From Ionaspis alba (Eukaryota), in the NCBI GenBank assembly GCA_964255285.1, contig CAXUUL010000084.1, positions 1 to 34,584 on the forward strand: DNA of 34,584 nt, in the 5' to 3' direction. The notes beneath the pieces were generated by a model. The model was not told where the DNA came from. It made no database searches and was given only the letters and a program-made list of their open reading frames with translations. A program made the position numbers and the translations under genes. Shown in pieces: positions 23,783-34,584 of the stretch; the first letter of the stretch is position 1; every line of letters starts with the position of its first letter.

Positions 23783-25450
23783 CTACTCCTCCCTTTCGAT
23801 GACGGCTGGAGCCTTGAGAGTCTTCCCCTTGAGAAAATCGAGGCCTTCGCCACCCTGACGCTCTGTTAATGTTGATGTCTAGCAAAGGGGCTTGTGACAC
23901 TTACATAACTGATCAGAGGCGAGATCTCCACACCCGACTCATCAACCCCTGTCTCGCTTTCCACTACACCACCAGCGCTCTTAATCCACCGTGTGCCTTG
24001 GGTCAGGATGTCCTTCTTACTCGTATCTGGGTCATCTTCCCCAGTTCCCTTAGCGTTCTTGAGGGGAGAGAACTCGTCCTCCCTCTTCACCTCCATGGAT
24101 GCAAATTTCTCCAGCTCAATCAGCGGGAAGACGTCGAAGACGAATTGCTCGAGCTTGATGCCATTTGGCTTGTCAGGCTTGACAGTCTCACCATTATCCG
24201 TATTTACATACGGGATCTTCTTTCGTGCCACATGGTGTGGGAGCTTGTGCGCCCACTCCTCGATAGTCTCCAAGAAGCGGAACGAATAGTAGTGGTTGAC
24301 AATATTTGCAGCTCGGAATTTGAGTACGTCTGGTTGCTTTGGGTCCATTGCCTCTGCAGTGGCCGCGTCGATCTCCGAATACTCTACCACATCTGGCTTG
24401 CCATTCTTGAGGAGAATCAAACCGACGGACTCTTTAGCGCTTCGTTTACGAACCACCTTGGTGGCGATGTCCACATCTTTGGAGGCGGCAAAGCCGATGA
24501 AGACGGGATCTGCAACCTTGACTAGGCAATTGTCCACGCAGTAGGCATGAATGTGCTCTATGCCACGTTTCCGCATATCCGTCCGGACGTTTGAGGTAAG
24601 CAGAGCCTGATAGATGCCCCCATTACCATCAGGCGCAACGGCTACCTGCAGATACGTATCAGCCTAATGATTTTGCCTGGAGTTTAACAACAAGGCCGTA
24701 ACATACCTTTGCCTTGCTCTCCAGTAGAATTTTGCCATCGTTCGAGATGCACGGTAAAACCCCTTGCTCAAAGATGACCACGTCGTCTCTCCCCAATCCG
24801 AAGTAGTTATGCTCCTGAAAATACTTCTCTGTGGGTCCTCGCGTTGGCCCGCTGGTCATGACATACCATGGCACAACCACATTCTTCTTGCCATGCTTTT
24901 TCTCAGCCAGTTGTTGGATCTTACAGATCCTCTCAGCCTGGATCTGAAACAGTGACTTGCCACTGGGTAGACCAATATTGAAACAGCCCTTAGGAGCTGA
25001 ACTTCCAAGGCGAGTGCCCTGGCCGCCAGCCATTAGGACCACAGCCACTTTGCCTTCGGCAATTAGATCTAAGCCTGATTGATACCATGACTCGATGTCT
25101 TCAGATTTGGAATCCAGAATCGATGCAACAGCAGATTCAGGTAGAGGTTTCAGCTCTGTCTCTACTTCCTTGTCGGAATTCTGTGGTGGATGGAGGGCCT
25201 TCTCCGTAATTTCATTAATGTACTTGGGATCAATTGTGGCTAGTTGATCGTAAAGACCTTCTTTTCCCGTCGTGTCCAATTCGTCGTAGAAAGCGAAAAC
25301 GTGGCCTTGCTCGGCTTTTTCGTATTTGGCCTTCAGCTCTTCGAGGTCCTCCTTACTGGGCTCTTTCGCTGGCGCGCCTCCTTGCTTGGGCGAAGTCAGG
25401 TTGAGCTTCTCCATTACGGTGTTCATGCTTTCTTTTAGGGCCGCTGCCAT
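23783..25450 (-). CDS. UAP1: UDP-N-acetylglucosamine pyrophosphorylase, 3 exons
   Basis: Exons 25450-24707, 24645-23905, 23854-23783: [71 protein letters not shown]; stop TAG at 23785-23783, just before the gap. Confidence 0.96.
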
Positions 25451-25782
25451 GACTGGAGAGTCAAGAATGGAATTTGGTACGGGTGAAGAATATACTGGTG
25501 GATCTTGTAGTCGATCCTTCTGGTATGAAAGTCGAGCGAGGATCTGCGAAGTTGTCCCTTATTGGAATTTATGAAAGAGCATAGAACCCCTCAGATGTAG
25601 TATCTCGATCATAGCCCCACCTCCATCAATTCCGGTGAGCGCTACTAGACCATTGTTTATGCATGTATTCACATATACGGGAAGGTTTATAACGTGTACA
25701 AGAATGAAGTACGAAATCTGTGCTTCAGGATACTAAGCTTGGGTATCATGTGAGAAGTAGAATTAAAAAGCATGCTGCGGCA

Positions 25783-27306
25783 TCATCGCCACCTATCACG
25801 GTCTCTGTACTCTTTCCTTCGATAGTCTTCGCTCCTATCGCTACTTCTGTCCCTTCTCCTACCATGCTGCGTTACTGGCGAGCGTCGTCCGCGATGATGT
25901 TCCTGCCTTGGACTTCGACTTCTGCTGTACCGATGTGGCGGCGATCTTCGGTCCTCTTCTCGATTGCGTCCACTTCGTATGTCGTCTTTATGAAACACCA
26001 TGCCATATCCATTGGATCGATGGCCCCCAGTCTCCATAGCTCTGTACTGTCGTTTTTGCTCAAGACCAGATATGCCACCGAATCCACCTCTGTGGTTAGC
26101 TCGTTTGGAATTTGTTGCTGTTCGCCAGGTGTCCGATAATCTGGAAACCTGTAACACCTGGTGAGCAACGTTATTGGAGCAGGTTCCAATCCAGACTTAC
26201 ACTTTGTGAAAAGTCAACATGAATACGATGGTCATCTATCAGGACTCCTTGCATCTTGAAGTATGCCTGCTCACAGTCCTGCTTATTCTCAAATTCAATA
26301 AATGCATACTGTAGGCTATCACCCGTCCTCTTGTCGCGTATTACTTCGCATGACAGTATCTTCCCGAAACGACTAAAAATGAGATCCAAGTCTTCGTCTG
26401 CGCGGAGAGTAAGCCTGGGATAGTTTATAAAATGTTTTCTGCTGGATCTACCTTGTGTAACGGGATTGAGTTTGCAAACAAACAGCACGTTCTCCGGTGG
26501 CTTGACTTCGGCAAATGGTAGATCTCCAACCATTTCCAGAGTTAAGGCTTGTGCCCTAGCCTCCCTCTCTCGACGCAGCTTCTCCACTGCCTCCTCATCC
26601 GCATTATCGTCTATTTCCTCATCATCCGCGATACGTACTGTGGCCAATTGAGCTTTCGACGGAACAGGACTCTCTGGAGGCTCGATGAGGTCTGACGGGT
26701 CCGGAAACGGATCGTCCAATATGACGGTGTGACGGATCCGAATGTCCTTTAGCGGACGCCCTTTCTCGTCAACAAAAGCGTCGTTGATTTTCTCCAGCGT
26801 ATCAAAACCCTCGACAACCTTGCCAAAAATAGCTGCTTTTCCGTCCAGGTAGTCAAGATTGTCCCCGAGAGTGATGAGAAATTGACTGGCAGCAACCCTT
26901 TCATCTGGGTCTCGAGTCCCCGCAGCAGTCGCCATGCTGACTGTGCCTCTTTCCGCATGTTTCAGCTTGGGATGTAGTTCTGCAGTGTATGTCTTCTTCG
27001 AAGGACCCTGCAAGATCCCCCAAATTGATGAGCCCCCATCGCTGTCCTTCGAATCCGGGCCAATAGGATCTCCCGTCTGGAAAGAGAAGTTCTTCTGAAC
27101 GCTATGTATGGGGGAGAAGTTATAGTATTTGATTTTGCAGAGCTTTAGGAAGCTAGATGACCATGAGATCTTAGTGTTTCAAATTCAGCAATGCTTCAGG
27201 ATGTGGGGCAGGTCTGAAGGACTCACTTTTCACAGGACTTCGGGGCATAATCAACCAGAAGGTCGATAACAATATCACCGATTGAGGTCTCGAGTATCAC
27301 AGACAT
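25783..27306 (-). CDS. PPIL4: Cyclophilin-RRM peptidyl-prolyl isomerase-like 4 (PPIL4/Rct1 type), 4 exons
   Basis: Exons 27306-27227, 27153-26452, 26397-26201, 26148-25783: [64 protein letters not shown] ([43 protein letters not shown]) and an RS/RD-rich tail. Confidence 0.94.
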
Positions 27307-27784
27307 TGCATGGGGTCGAGACTAGGATACACCTCGTTTCGGAGCAGGAGACAGTCATAAGATGGAGGTGGATATTACGCACAAAGGATGTTTCGATACC
27401 ACTGTTTATAATAAGCTCTTCTGCCGCTTGCAATAGCCGACGCGCCGCCGGCGGAAGCAAGTGTTTTCTCGCCAATTGTTGCCATGATCGTCACCGTCCT
27501 CTTACACCACACCGGGAGGACATCCAATTGATCTGTGCTCGTTCGTGCCGCTACCAGTCGTGCCTTACCATCTGCCATAAATCGAGTTTAATCTACAGCA
27601 TTTTAGATCTAGCATCGAGCTATCAGCAGAGAGGTTTTAGTGCTCGGCCTAGGACGATGCGCCCAGATCAAGTCCTTCATCAGCTCTTCCTACCAAGTCG
27701 ATGAGTATGTCCTATCTTCACGTTACATCATCGATAATCTATGCATGATATTGCAGCTTCAACTCTGTGCAATTGTTCTGTCGA

Positions 27785-27884
27785 NNNNNNNNNNNNNNNN
27801 NNNNNNNNNNNNNNNNNNNNNNNNNNNNNNNNNNNNNNNNNNNNNNNNNNNNNNNNNNNNNNNNNNNNNNNNNNNNNNNNNNNN
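27785..27884. other. Assembly gap (100 N)
   Basis: Run of exactly 100 N. Confidence 0.99.
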
Positions 27885-30035
27885 CGGCTTCTTCTAGAAA
27901 GCCTGATGTCCAAAGGGCGTGTAAGGAAATGCTTGCAGGCTGTCCTACCATCCGGTACCTTGCAGCCCTTACTGATATTCAGGCTCTCAACGGTCGGGCG
28001 GGAGCTCTGCCCCAACCCGCCATGCCCGTCTGTCATGCACTCTTTTATGCAAGTTTCCGACTCCTGTAATATCTCAGGCTCAGCTGGCATCTAGGATCTT
28101 GCAAGCGTCTGACTTTGCTGACTATTCCACCACGCTGCTTGCCTGCTTCCTTTGTTGCCGTTCACCAGATGGAGTCGAGCAACCAATGAAGAGGCAGGAT
28201 ATCTACGGTAGTATGGCCAGATCTGAGCAACAGGGTGTTCATGTCAACACGGGTGTGTCCGGTTTCAGCCCTGTAATAGCTGTCTATCCTCCTCGTACAG
28301 ATGGAAAAGCTCCTGCATGCAGGTTACACAGTACTTCACGTGCAATGGCCTGTGCATGTCCCTTCCTGTGCACGATTTCTGCACTGCTTTAGTGTCTCTG
28401 TGTCTCTGTGATGCTGAGCACTGACTGACTGGCATATACCCCTATCACTTTTCTATCCAGCGCCGAAGACGGATGCTAACAGAGTGACCTTCAAAAAGGT
28501 ATCTCTGCGCCGAAATCTCTGTGATTTTATGGGCCGCTCCCTCCAATGCAGCTTTCCCATGAAGATCGCCGAAACGGCACTGAAGCTTTTCCTCCGATGG
28601 TGTTGAAGAGGTAGCTTACAGATGTACTTTCCCTCGATTCCCCAACCATCGAGAGTCAAACCACTTAAAAGCTTGGATGGTATGAGGAATTTTGATCTCC
28701 AGTACATTCCATCACGATAGTTGGATGGAGGACACAAATTTTGAAATCAGTTCACAAGGACTGGTCTAGCATCAGATGTTATGTTTGCATGGCTCCTGAT
28801 AGCTCGTTTCCGAATATGCTGGCTGGTTTTGAAGCATCCGATAGGTACCGAGGAGTAATATGACAGCGTTGAAGGTTGATTGCTTCTCCACCCCGGTGTC
28901 GATCTCTAATGTATTACGTGCATGGAGCAAGACAACACGTTACCAGGATACCACAGGTGTATCTATCTTCAGGTAGATATTTATTCCCTCCAACTGCCAT
29001 CGCGTTCATGTCAGAGGCACATGAAAATGGCAGAAGAGATATTCAATGCCTAGACATGTCAAAGTGTGGGGTAAGTTACGAGTTGCAGCTTGTGGCAGTC
29101 AAGTTTGCTGTTGACATCTGCACGATGTTAGCAAATAAGCCCATCCACCACCATCTGGCTCTTGCCAAACGCAAGCACAAGATCTTCATGAGTAGTGTTA
29201 GGTCGCTATGCACGAATGGATCGCTCCGCATCGAATCAGGCCAGACTGTCTGGAACTTTCCCGTCCCTACGCGCATTTCGGCCTCTTTTGCTGAAAATCT
29301 GCCCAGCTTGTGTTTGCCTGCTCCTGCGATTGAACATGAATTTGCAAGACAGTCTCAGTCTCTACATCCCTAAACTACAGTACTTCCCAACTCCGCGGCC
29401 AGGCTATCATCCCTTCCATACCGTGCTATTTCATTGGAGCAAATTCAACTTCCCCTCTATCGTCTAAGAAAGCTGTACCACGTTCCACGCCACCGACTTC
29501 AATGTATACCTCTGCCGTGAGCACTACTCCGCCGCGCCTGAGGGTTTTGTACAGCATGCGCATGCAGCATGCAGCTTGCCGAACGACTATACCCTAAAAG
29601 ACTCTGGCTGTTTTGACTATTGTCTGGCCGACTGTACCTGACAACGAGGAAAGCTTTTCATCCTGTACCTCCTGCACTCCACTAAAGCGAAGTGATGTAT
29701 CGTAAATGCCTGAGCATCTAGCAACGTGGCTCTGTTGAGAAGGTACCCAGGTACTAGGGGGTGATCAAACATACATGCATGCTACTAGGATGGGTTTTAC
29801 TTATACCGCCATGGAGCTTGCTTGCTTCCCTTCGTCATCACTTTGGTCGTGTTTACACTACTCTGTACTTGATATTTCCCAAGAGCATACTGGAGCAAGG
29901 TGGAGCACATGTCCCACAACTATTGCTTTCTATCCCTCTTATTCTCATTACTCTGTGGAGCCTCTTCCATGATCGATCGTTCTTCTAACATCACTCCTTG
30001 CCTTAATCGTCCCCGGTATTGTCACTCTATCGATC

Positions 30036-31655
30036 ATGAGTCGTTACCATAATGCCCACGAACCTAGTGGCGAGTACTATCGCTTCCCACCACGACCGCT
30101 ACCCATGAGCATCACGCGAGCCACGCGTGATTCCGTACGAAACTTTGCAATCGCGCAGCGGAACTCTCATACGAGTCCAAGTCGCGAGTCGGATTCGGAC
30201 AGGCAATCGACTCCTAGACGCCGAATAGCGGTAGCGGTACGTCAAAAGCCAGTGTTATCGTAAACTTCTTCCAAAAGATCATTCGATGCTGATGGCTTTA
30301 CTACGCTAGTGTTCGCGTTGCCGCAAAAGAAAGATCAAATGCAGCGGCGACCAAGGAAACGGCGGTTGCGTGAGCTGTAAAAATGCTGGAACAGATCCAA
30401 ATCAATGTCAATTCTTGAGAGTACGTGCCCAATTCCTATCTGACTTTTCCAGGAGACTGACGGGTTTGATCTTTAGGTGAACTCAGACTCTTTGAGCTGC
30501 ACTATGCCAGCCAGCACAGAATGGCCATATTGGCCGAACGGTGGAGGCAACAACACCTCAGGATCTAATTACAATGCAAGTATCGGCCAGTATTCTTTAT
30601 TTTTTTTGTTATGTTTTCCTGGTTGATCTACACTCTCTCGTGGACAGTCATCAGGATCATATTCAACTGGCCCATATTCATCCATATCTCAAAAGGAATA
30701 CTGCGGAACCTATGGTGTCAATCCAAACGACAGTGTATACGATACGTATGGCATGCAGTCTCCCCAGTATCTGCTGCAAACCCCAGACTCTCAAGTATCC
30801 ACAACCAACTACGGTCAACCAGAACCAACCCGCCAATGGCAGTCGACCGGGCCATTGAATCGGTATAGCATGAGTTTCGACAACGAGCTCCCATCCCGCT
30901 ACGCCACATCCACAGTTCCCTACAACCCCTCTCTCATGTCTCCTAACCTCACCCTTCCGGACAATAATCTTTTTCCAGCCATGTCTTCCCTCGCCAACTC
31001 TCTCCCGACCGCAATCCCGCCCTTGAGCAGCGACCGCGTGCTCCCTAGCCCACGCGCCAGTAACATTCCATCAAATGACAATCCCCTCAACAGCAACACC
31101 TTCAACGACCTTCCCAACTTGCTCACGTCCCAGCCCTCAAGCCACAAGAACACCGTCCCCTGGGGTACTGAGCGCCTCACCACGGGTGGTTCTACAGCCT
31201 CCACTAGCACGGCCTCATCGGCACCAAGCACGCACCTTGCGGCACTCAGTAGCAAATCCTCCGCGTCACCTCCAGAGAGCCAGGAGACATCGGCCTTCGG
31301 ATACATCCCACTGGCTAATAGTCCCGCGACAGTCGCCGCCACGCCGGCAACCGAGTACACGCTCACACCAACTGCAACCTCAACGCCAACACTGGCAAAC
31401 ATGCCTGCTAGTAGCAACTATGCGGACTCGATGGCACGTGGCTCGCACGGTGTGGGGCATTTGTATACGTACAGCTTGGGTACGCAGAGCAAGAGGGATA
31501 TTAATGGGACCGGGGAGGCGACGCTGTTAAATGGGCAGCCGTATACGACGCTTAGGCATGTGCAGTCCAGAGCGGATAATGGGTATGGTGCGAGGACGGG
31601 GAGCGAGGAGGTGGTTAGGGGCAGGACGAGTGTGGCTACTGGGGGCAGAAGATGA
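30036..31655 (+). CDS. Zn(II)2Cys6 transcription factor, about 470 aa, 4 exons
   Basis: Exons 30036-30236, 30310-30420, 30477-30575, 30648-31655: RRRIAVA|CSRCRKRKIKCSGDQGNGGCVSCKNAGTDPNQCQFLR|V followed by a S/T/P-rich low-complexity region. The zinc-cluster exon is too short to appear in the ORF track. Confidence 0.88.
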
Positions 31656-31937
31656 TGCAGGCATAGTGGATGGTTGGGACCTATGAAGGTGATACGAGGG
31701 ACTGAGATCATGGAAGAAGGCGAGTGTGGGTGGGTCCACAGGTAAGTAGGTGAATGAGACTGTCAGTACAGCGGCCGAACGAATCTACAGCGGGAATCCG
31801 GTTGCAATGCTCTCGGAATGATAGGAATCCAGGCTGCGCCGGTCGCTAGCTTGGGGAGGCAAAAGTACGGGTGCGTTGGATGAGGTTCCCAACTTTCATC
31901 TTTCGGATGTGGAGAACTGCGTGTGGCTGCACGGCAA

Positions 31938-32037
31938 NNNNNNNNNNNNNNNNNNNNNNNNNNNNNNNNNNNNNNNNNNNNNNNNNNNNNNNNNNNNNNN
32001 NNNNNNNNNNNNNNNNNNNNNNNNNNNNNNNNNNNNN
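31938..32037. other. Assembly gap (100 N)
   Basis: Run of exactly 100 N; hides the 3' end of the MFS gene. Confidence 0.99.
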
Positions 32038-33925
32038 CCTCCCCACCATTCTTGCTCTCGTCTCGTCTCTTTCGAAGCAGCAGGAACCACAGTATCATTG
32101 ACATGAGGAAGAGAGCTGCGCCCAGAACATTGAACGGAAGACCCAACCATATCCCTCCTCCCTTGATCATTCCGGCACTGAACAAGCCTGCCACAATGGG
32201 ACCAGCACCCATCATACCAAGAGTCTCAGCAATAGCCATGACCGAGTATAGCTTAGCAACCTCGTTCTGTTTGACGAACGAAGTCATCAAAGCGCGAATG
32301 GACGCTCCTGTTCCACTGCCAAAGGTCTGGAAGAAAAGACCAATGATGAGAATTGGCACGGCGGGAGCGAAACCTTCTATGAAAAGTCCGATGGCCACCA
32401 TCAACAGGCCGACACAAGCAAGGATGCTGTCTTTCTTCATAGCGCTGTAGCCCTGTCTCTGGAGTAGGTAAGAAGAAGCGGCAGGTAGTACTATGAGAAG
32501 GCTGATGATATCAATACCCGATTGGAAGGACCAAATGTAGGTTGCCCGAGCTAAGGTCCACTCGTACCGTTTGGAGATGTATTGAAGTAGGAGATTGTCA
32601 AGAGTGTTTTGAGCCATTCTGATGGGAAACGTAAGCACGAGGATGATAGTCCGCCAATCTCTCACCAGGAATGCTGATTGCTCCAAGAAGATTAAGAGCA
32701 TGGCCTTGATTTGAACTAGATAGCCGTCTTTGGTGCCACTCCCAAACAATATGAACAATCTTGAATCCGAAGTAGTTTGAATGCTTGCATCATCTGACTT
32801 ATCAGGCTCATCGTCGAGCTTGGCTTTAAGACTCTCCGGTAATGCCAGAGCCAGTGGTATGCCCAGTACCTGAAGCCCAACGCCGAGCGTTATGGGAATC
32901 CATGGATCGCGCTCCATCAACTTTGCACAAATCGGCGGCGTAATGAGTGTGCAGAGTCTCATCACTGCAGTAAAGCGGAAAAATACACTTGCTCTGTGAA
33001 CAAATGTGAGTGCATTGCTTCACAATGTTGGATCTTGGTCGCTCTTCCACTGGGAAGAGATACGGGAAGCTCCACCTGATGAGTACTGAAATAACAGAGT
33101 GTGCTGGACGAGGAAAATTGGAACCAAATCTGAGTTTTCATGTGACAAAAGGACCACATTGGTTCACTGGTCCCAGAGCCATGAACATGCCATGGTGAAT
33201 TGGATTCGAAAATGATAAAGCAGGGTTCCTAGGACAACGGATAAACAACCTTACATACCTCTCAGCTTGGGGAGTGACATCTGCAATTATCGTATAGAAT
33301 AACGCTATACCAACCATTAATCCGCCACCAAAAATATTAGATATTGCTCCTAGCCAGACCAGCCGTATTGGTATAGCATACGGGAAAGCACCTATACGTC
33401 GTATAAGCTCATTGGATTAGAACCTGGATTATAAGACCAAGACTTACAAACAGCATATATCCACGCAGCCTCGATCCAGGCGGCTGTCAAAACCATGACA
33501 AAAATCCATTTGCGTCCATATCTATCTGCCAGCACGCCAAAGGGCACAGCAAGAAAAACGCCGGGCAGATAATCGAAGAAATCCATCCAGCCCTTTAGCA
33601 GGGCCAACTCGGTCTGTACAGAATCGATCTTGCAGTACTGTTCATCCACACTCCCACCTGGCTCGATGCGAGTAGGATCATTGGCTTCGTAGAACCTGCG
33701 GCAGTAGATACTTTCGAGGAGGCGTGTCCGAGGAGGTGCCTGTAAAATGTTCGCGACACTTACCACCGCGGCTATTGCGACGATAAGAATCAAGACCTTA
33801 TGCTGGATGTCTTGGGCTCGGAGAACTTTGACAGGGGTTTGCTCTGAATCGTCGGCGGTACGAATCCTATTGAGTAAGGGGGATCTCTCGTCACTTGGAT
33901 TCAGGTGGTCCTCTTCATTCGCCAT
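32038..33925 (-). CDS. Major facilitator superfamily transporter, 3 exons, C-terminus runs into the gap
   Basis: Exons 33925-33448, 33391-33259, 32993 to gap. N-terminal ERSPLL, luminal loop ESIYCRRFY...CKIDSVQTELA, MFS motif A GVLADRYGRK, IIADVTPQAERA and about 12 hydrophobic segments. Confidence 0.9.
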
Positions 33926-34584
33926 TCTTACAAGCCTTGAACAGGAGGTCGAGTTCTGCACCTTGAAAGGAAGAACACAACAAAAAGTGATCACAATACT
34001 GCTGCTCCTAGATACCCTTGCCCATGGCTGCTTATAACCATTCAATGGGCAAAATTGAAGAGAAAACGCGTCATGAAATCGCTGATTGTAGAGCTTGCGT
34101 CATATCTTCGAACGTAACGCGTACACAACACAAGGGAGCGAGCTGTGCTCGAATCCTTCAGGAAGACCAATCAGGCTGACGAGTCTTATCACAATGTTTC
34201 ATGATCAGAGGAGATCCTATAAATGTCATTTTCTCAATCGTAGAACACAGTCGATGTAGGCGTTGTCAATATCATTCACTTCCACCTAATAATGTAGTCG
34301 CGGTTTGCCTTGGAGTTAGAGCTCTTTTGCGGGCTTGGTCCTCCGAATGATTTCCGGTCAATTTTGGCAAACTGTTGTCCTAATTTGGGTCGAAAGAAGC
34401 GGCTCCTCAGGTAAGTTGACTAAATAAATCTTGTCAAAATTAGTCGGAGTTTAGCGGGAACAGGAGCCTTGCTCGGAGGACCAGACGGTATGAAAAAAAG
34501 TCCATGCACCCAAGGACCTCGCCTAAGGTGAGTGCCAGCTAAATTGATTCGTATTTAGCGGCAGTCCCACCTAAACTCGTTTGA

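Noticed and set aside
23869..24544. Long + strand ORFs overlapping UAP1 (and similar ones opposite the AIF-like, MFS and TF genes)
   Set aside because: Antisense shadows produced by codon bias of the real genes.
28392..28410. Short tandem repeat GTGTCTCT x2 plus GTG
   Set aside because: Too short to distinguish from an ordinary slippage duplication.
28876..29373. 165-aa ORF upstream of the transcription factor
   Set aside because: Non-ATG start, random-looking composition, no domain motifs or convincing splice structure.
31763..31937. Apparent continuation of the MFS ORF beyond the gap
   Set aside because: Frame is carried only through N bases; this sequence follows the TF stop and is more likely UTR or intergenic.
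32994..33258. TPP riboswitch in the long MFS intron
   Set aside because: The conserved aptamer motifs (CUGAGA and the CUGAU..GGAUAAU.CCAGCG core) are not present on the transcribed strand.
30036..33925. Zn2Cys6 factor plus MFS transporter as the edge of a secondary-metabolite cluster
   Set aside because: No synthase or tailoring enzyme in the window, a gap separates the two genes, and the factor lacks the usual pathway-specific architecture.
34400..34584. Intron-like signals (CAG|GTAAGT, AAG|GTGAGT..TTTAG) at the window end
   Set aside because: May be the start of a + strand gene, but there is too little sequence to support a call.

Overview
Gene-dense, intron-rich nuclear DNA from a filamentous ascomycete (Pezizomycotina-type short introns with GTRAGT/GTATGT donors, CTRAY-like branch points and mostly YAG acceptors). 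I reconstructed 15 protein-coding genes by hand: NAS2 (proteasome assembly chaperone), Ran/GSP1, an AIF-like Rieske/FAD oxidoreductase, an alpha-arrestin, a Tgl2-like lipase, a RhoGEF, an RTC3/SBDS-N protein, a Tfb6-like protein, an intronless 865-aa unknown, DMC1 (17 exons), a GIS2/CNBP zinc-knuckle protein, UAP1, a PPIL4-type cyclophilin-RRM, a Zn2Cys6 transcription factor and an MFS transporter whose end lies in a gap. Four gaps of exactly 100 N make adjacencies across them uncertain. I saw no RNA genes, CRISPR arrays, intact transposons or biosynthetic cluster. The most unusual signals concern splicing: the lipase catalytic motif AHSMGG needs a 10-nt exon plus a 2-nt exon (GG); DMC1 has a GAG acceptor inside Walker A and a 9-nt exon; the transcription factor probably has a GC-AG intron; and the MFS gene has a long intron that could be a nested (stwintron-like) intron. 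All exon structures are manual inferences without transcript data.
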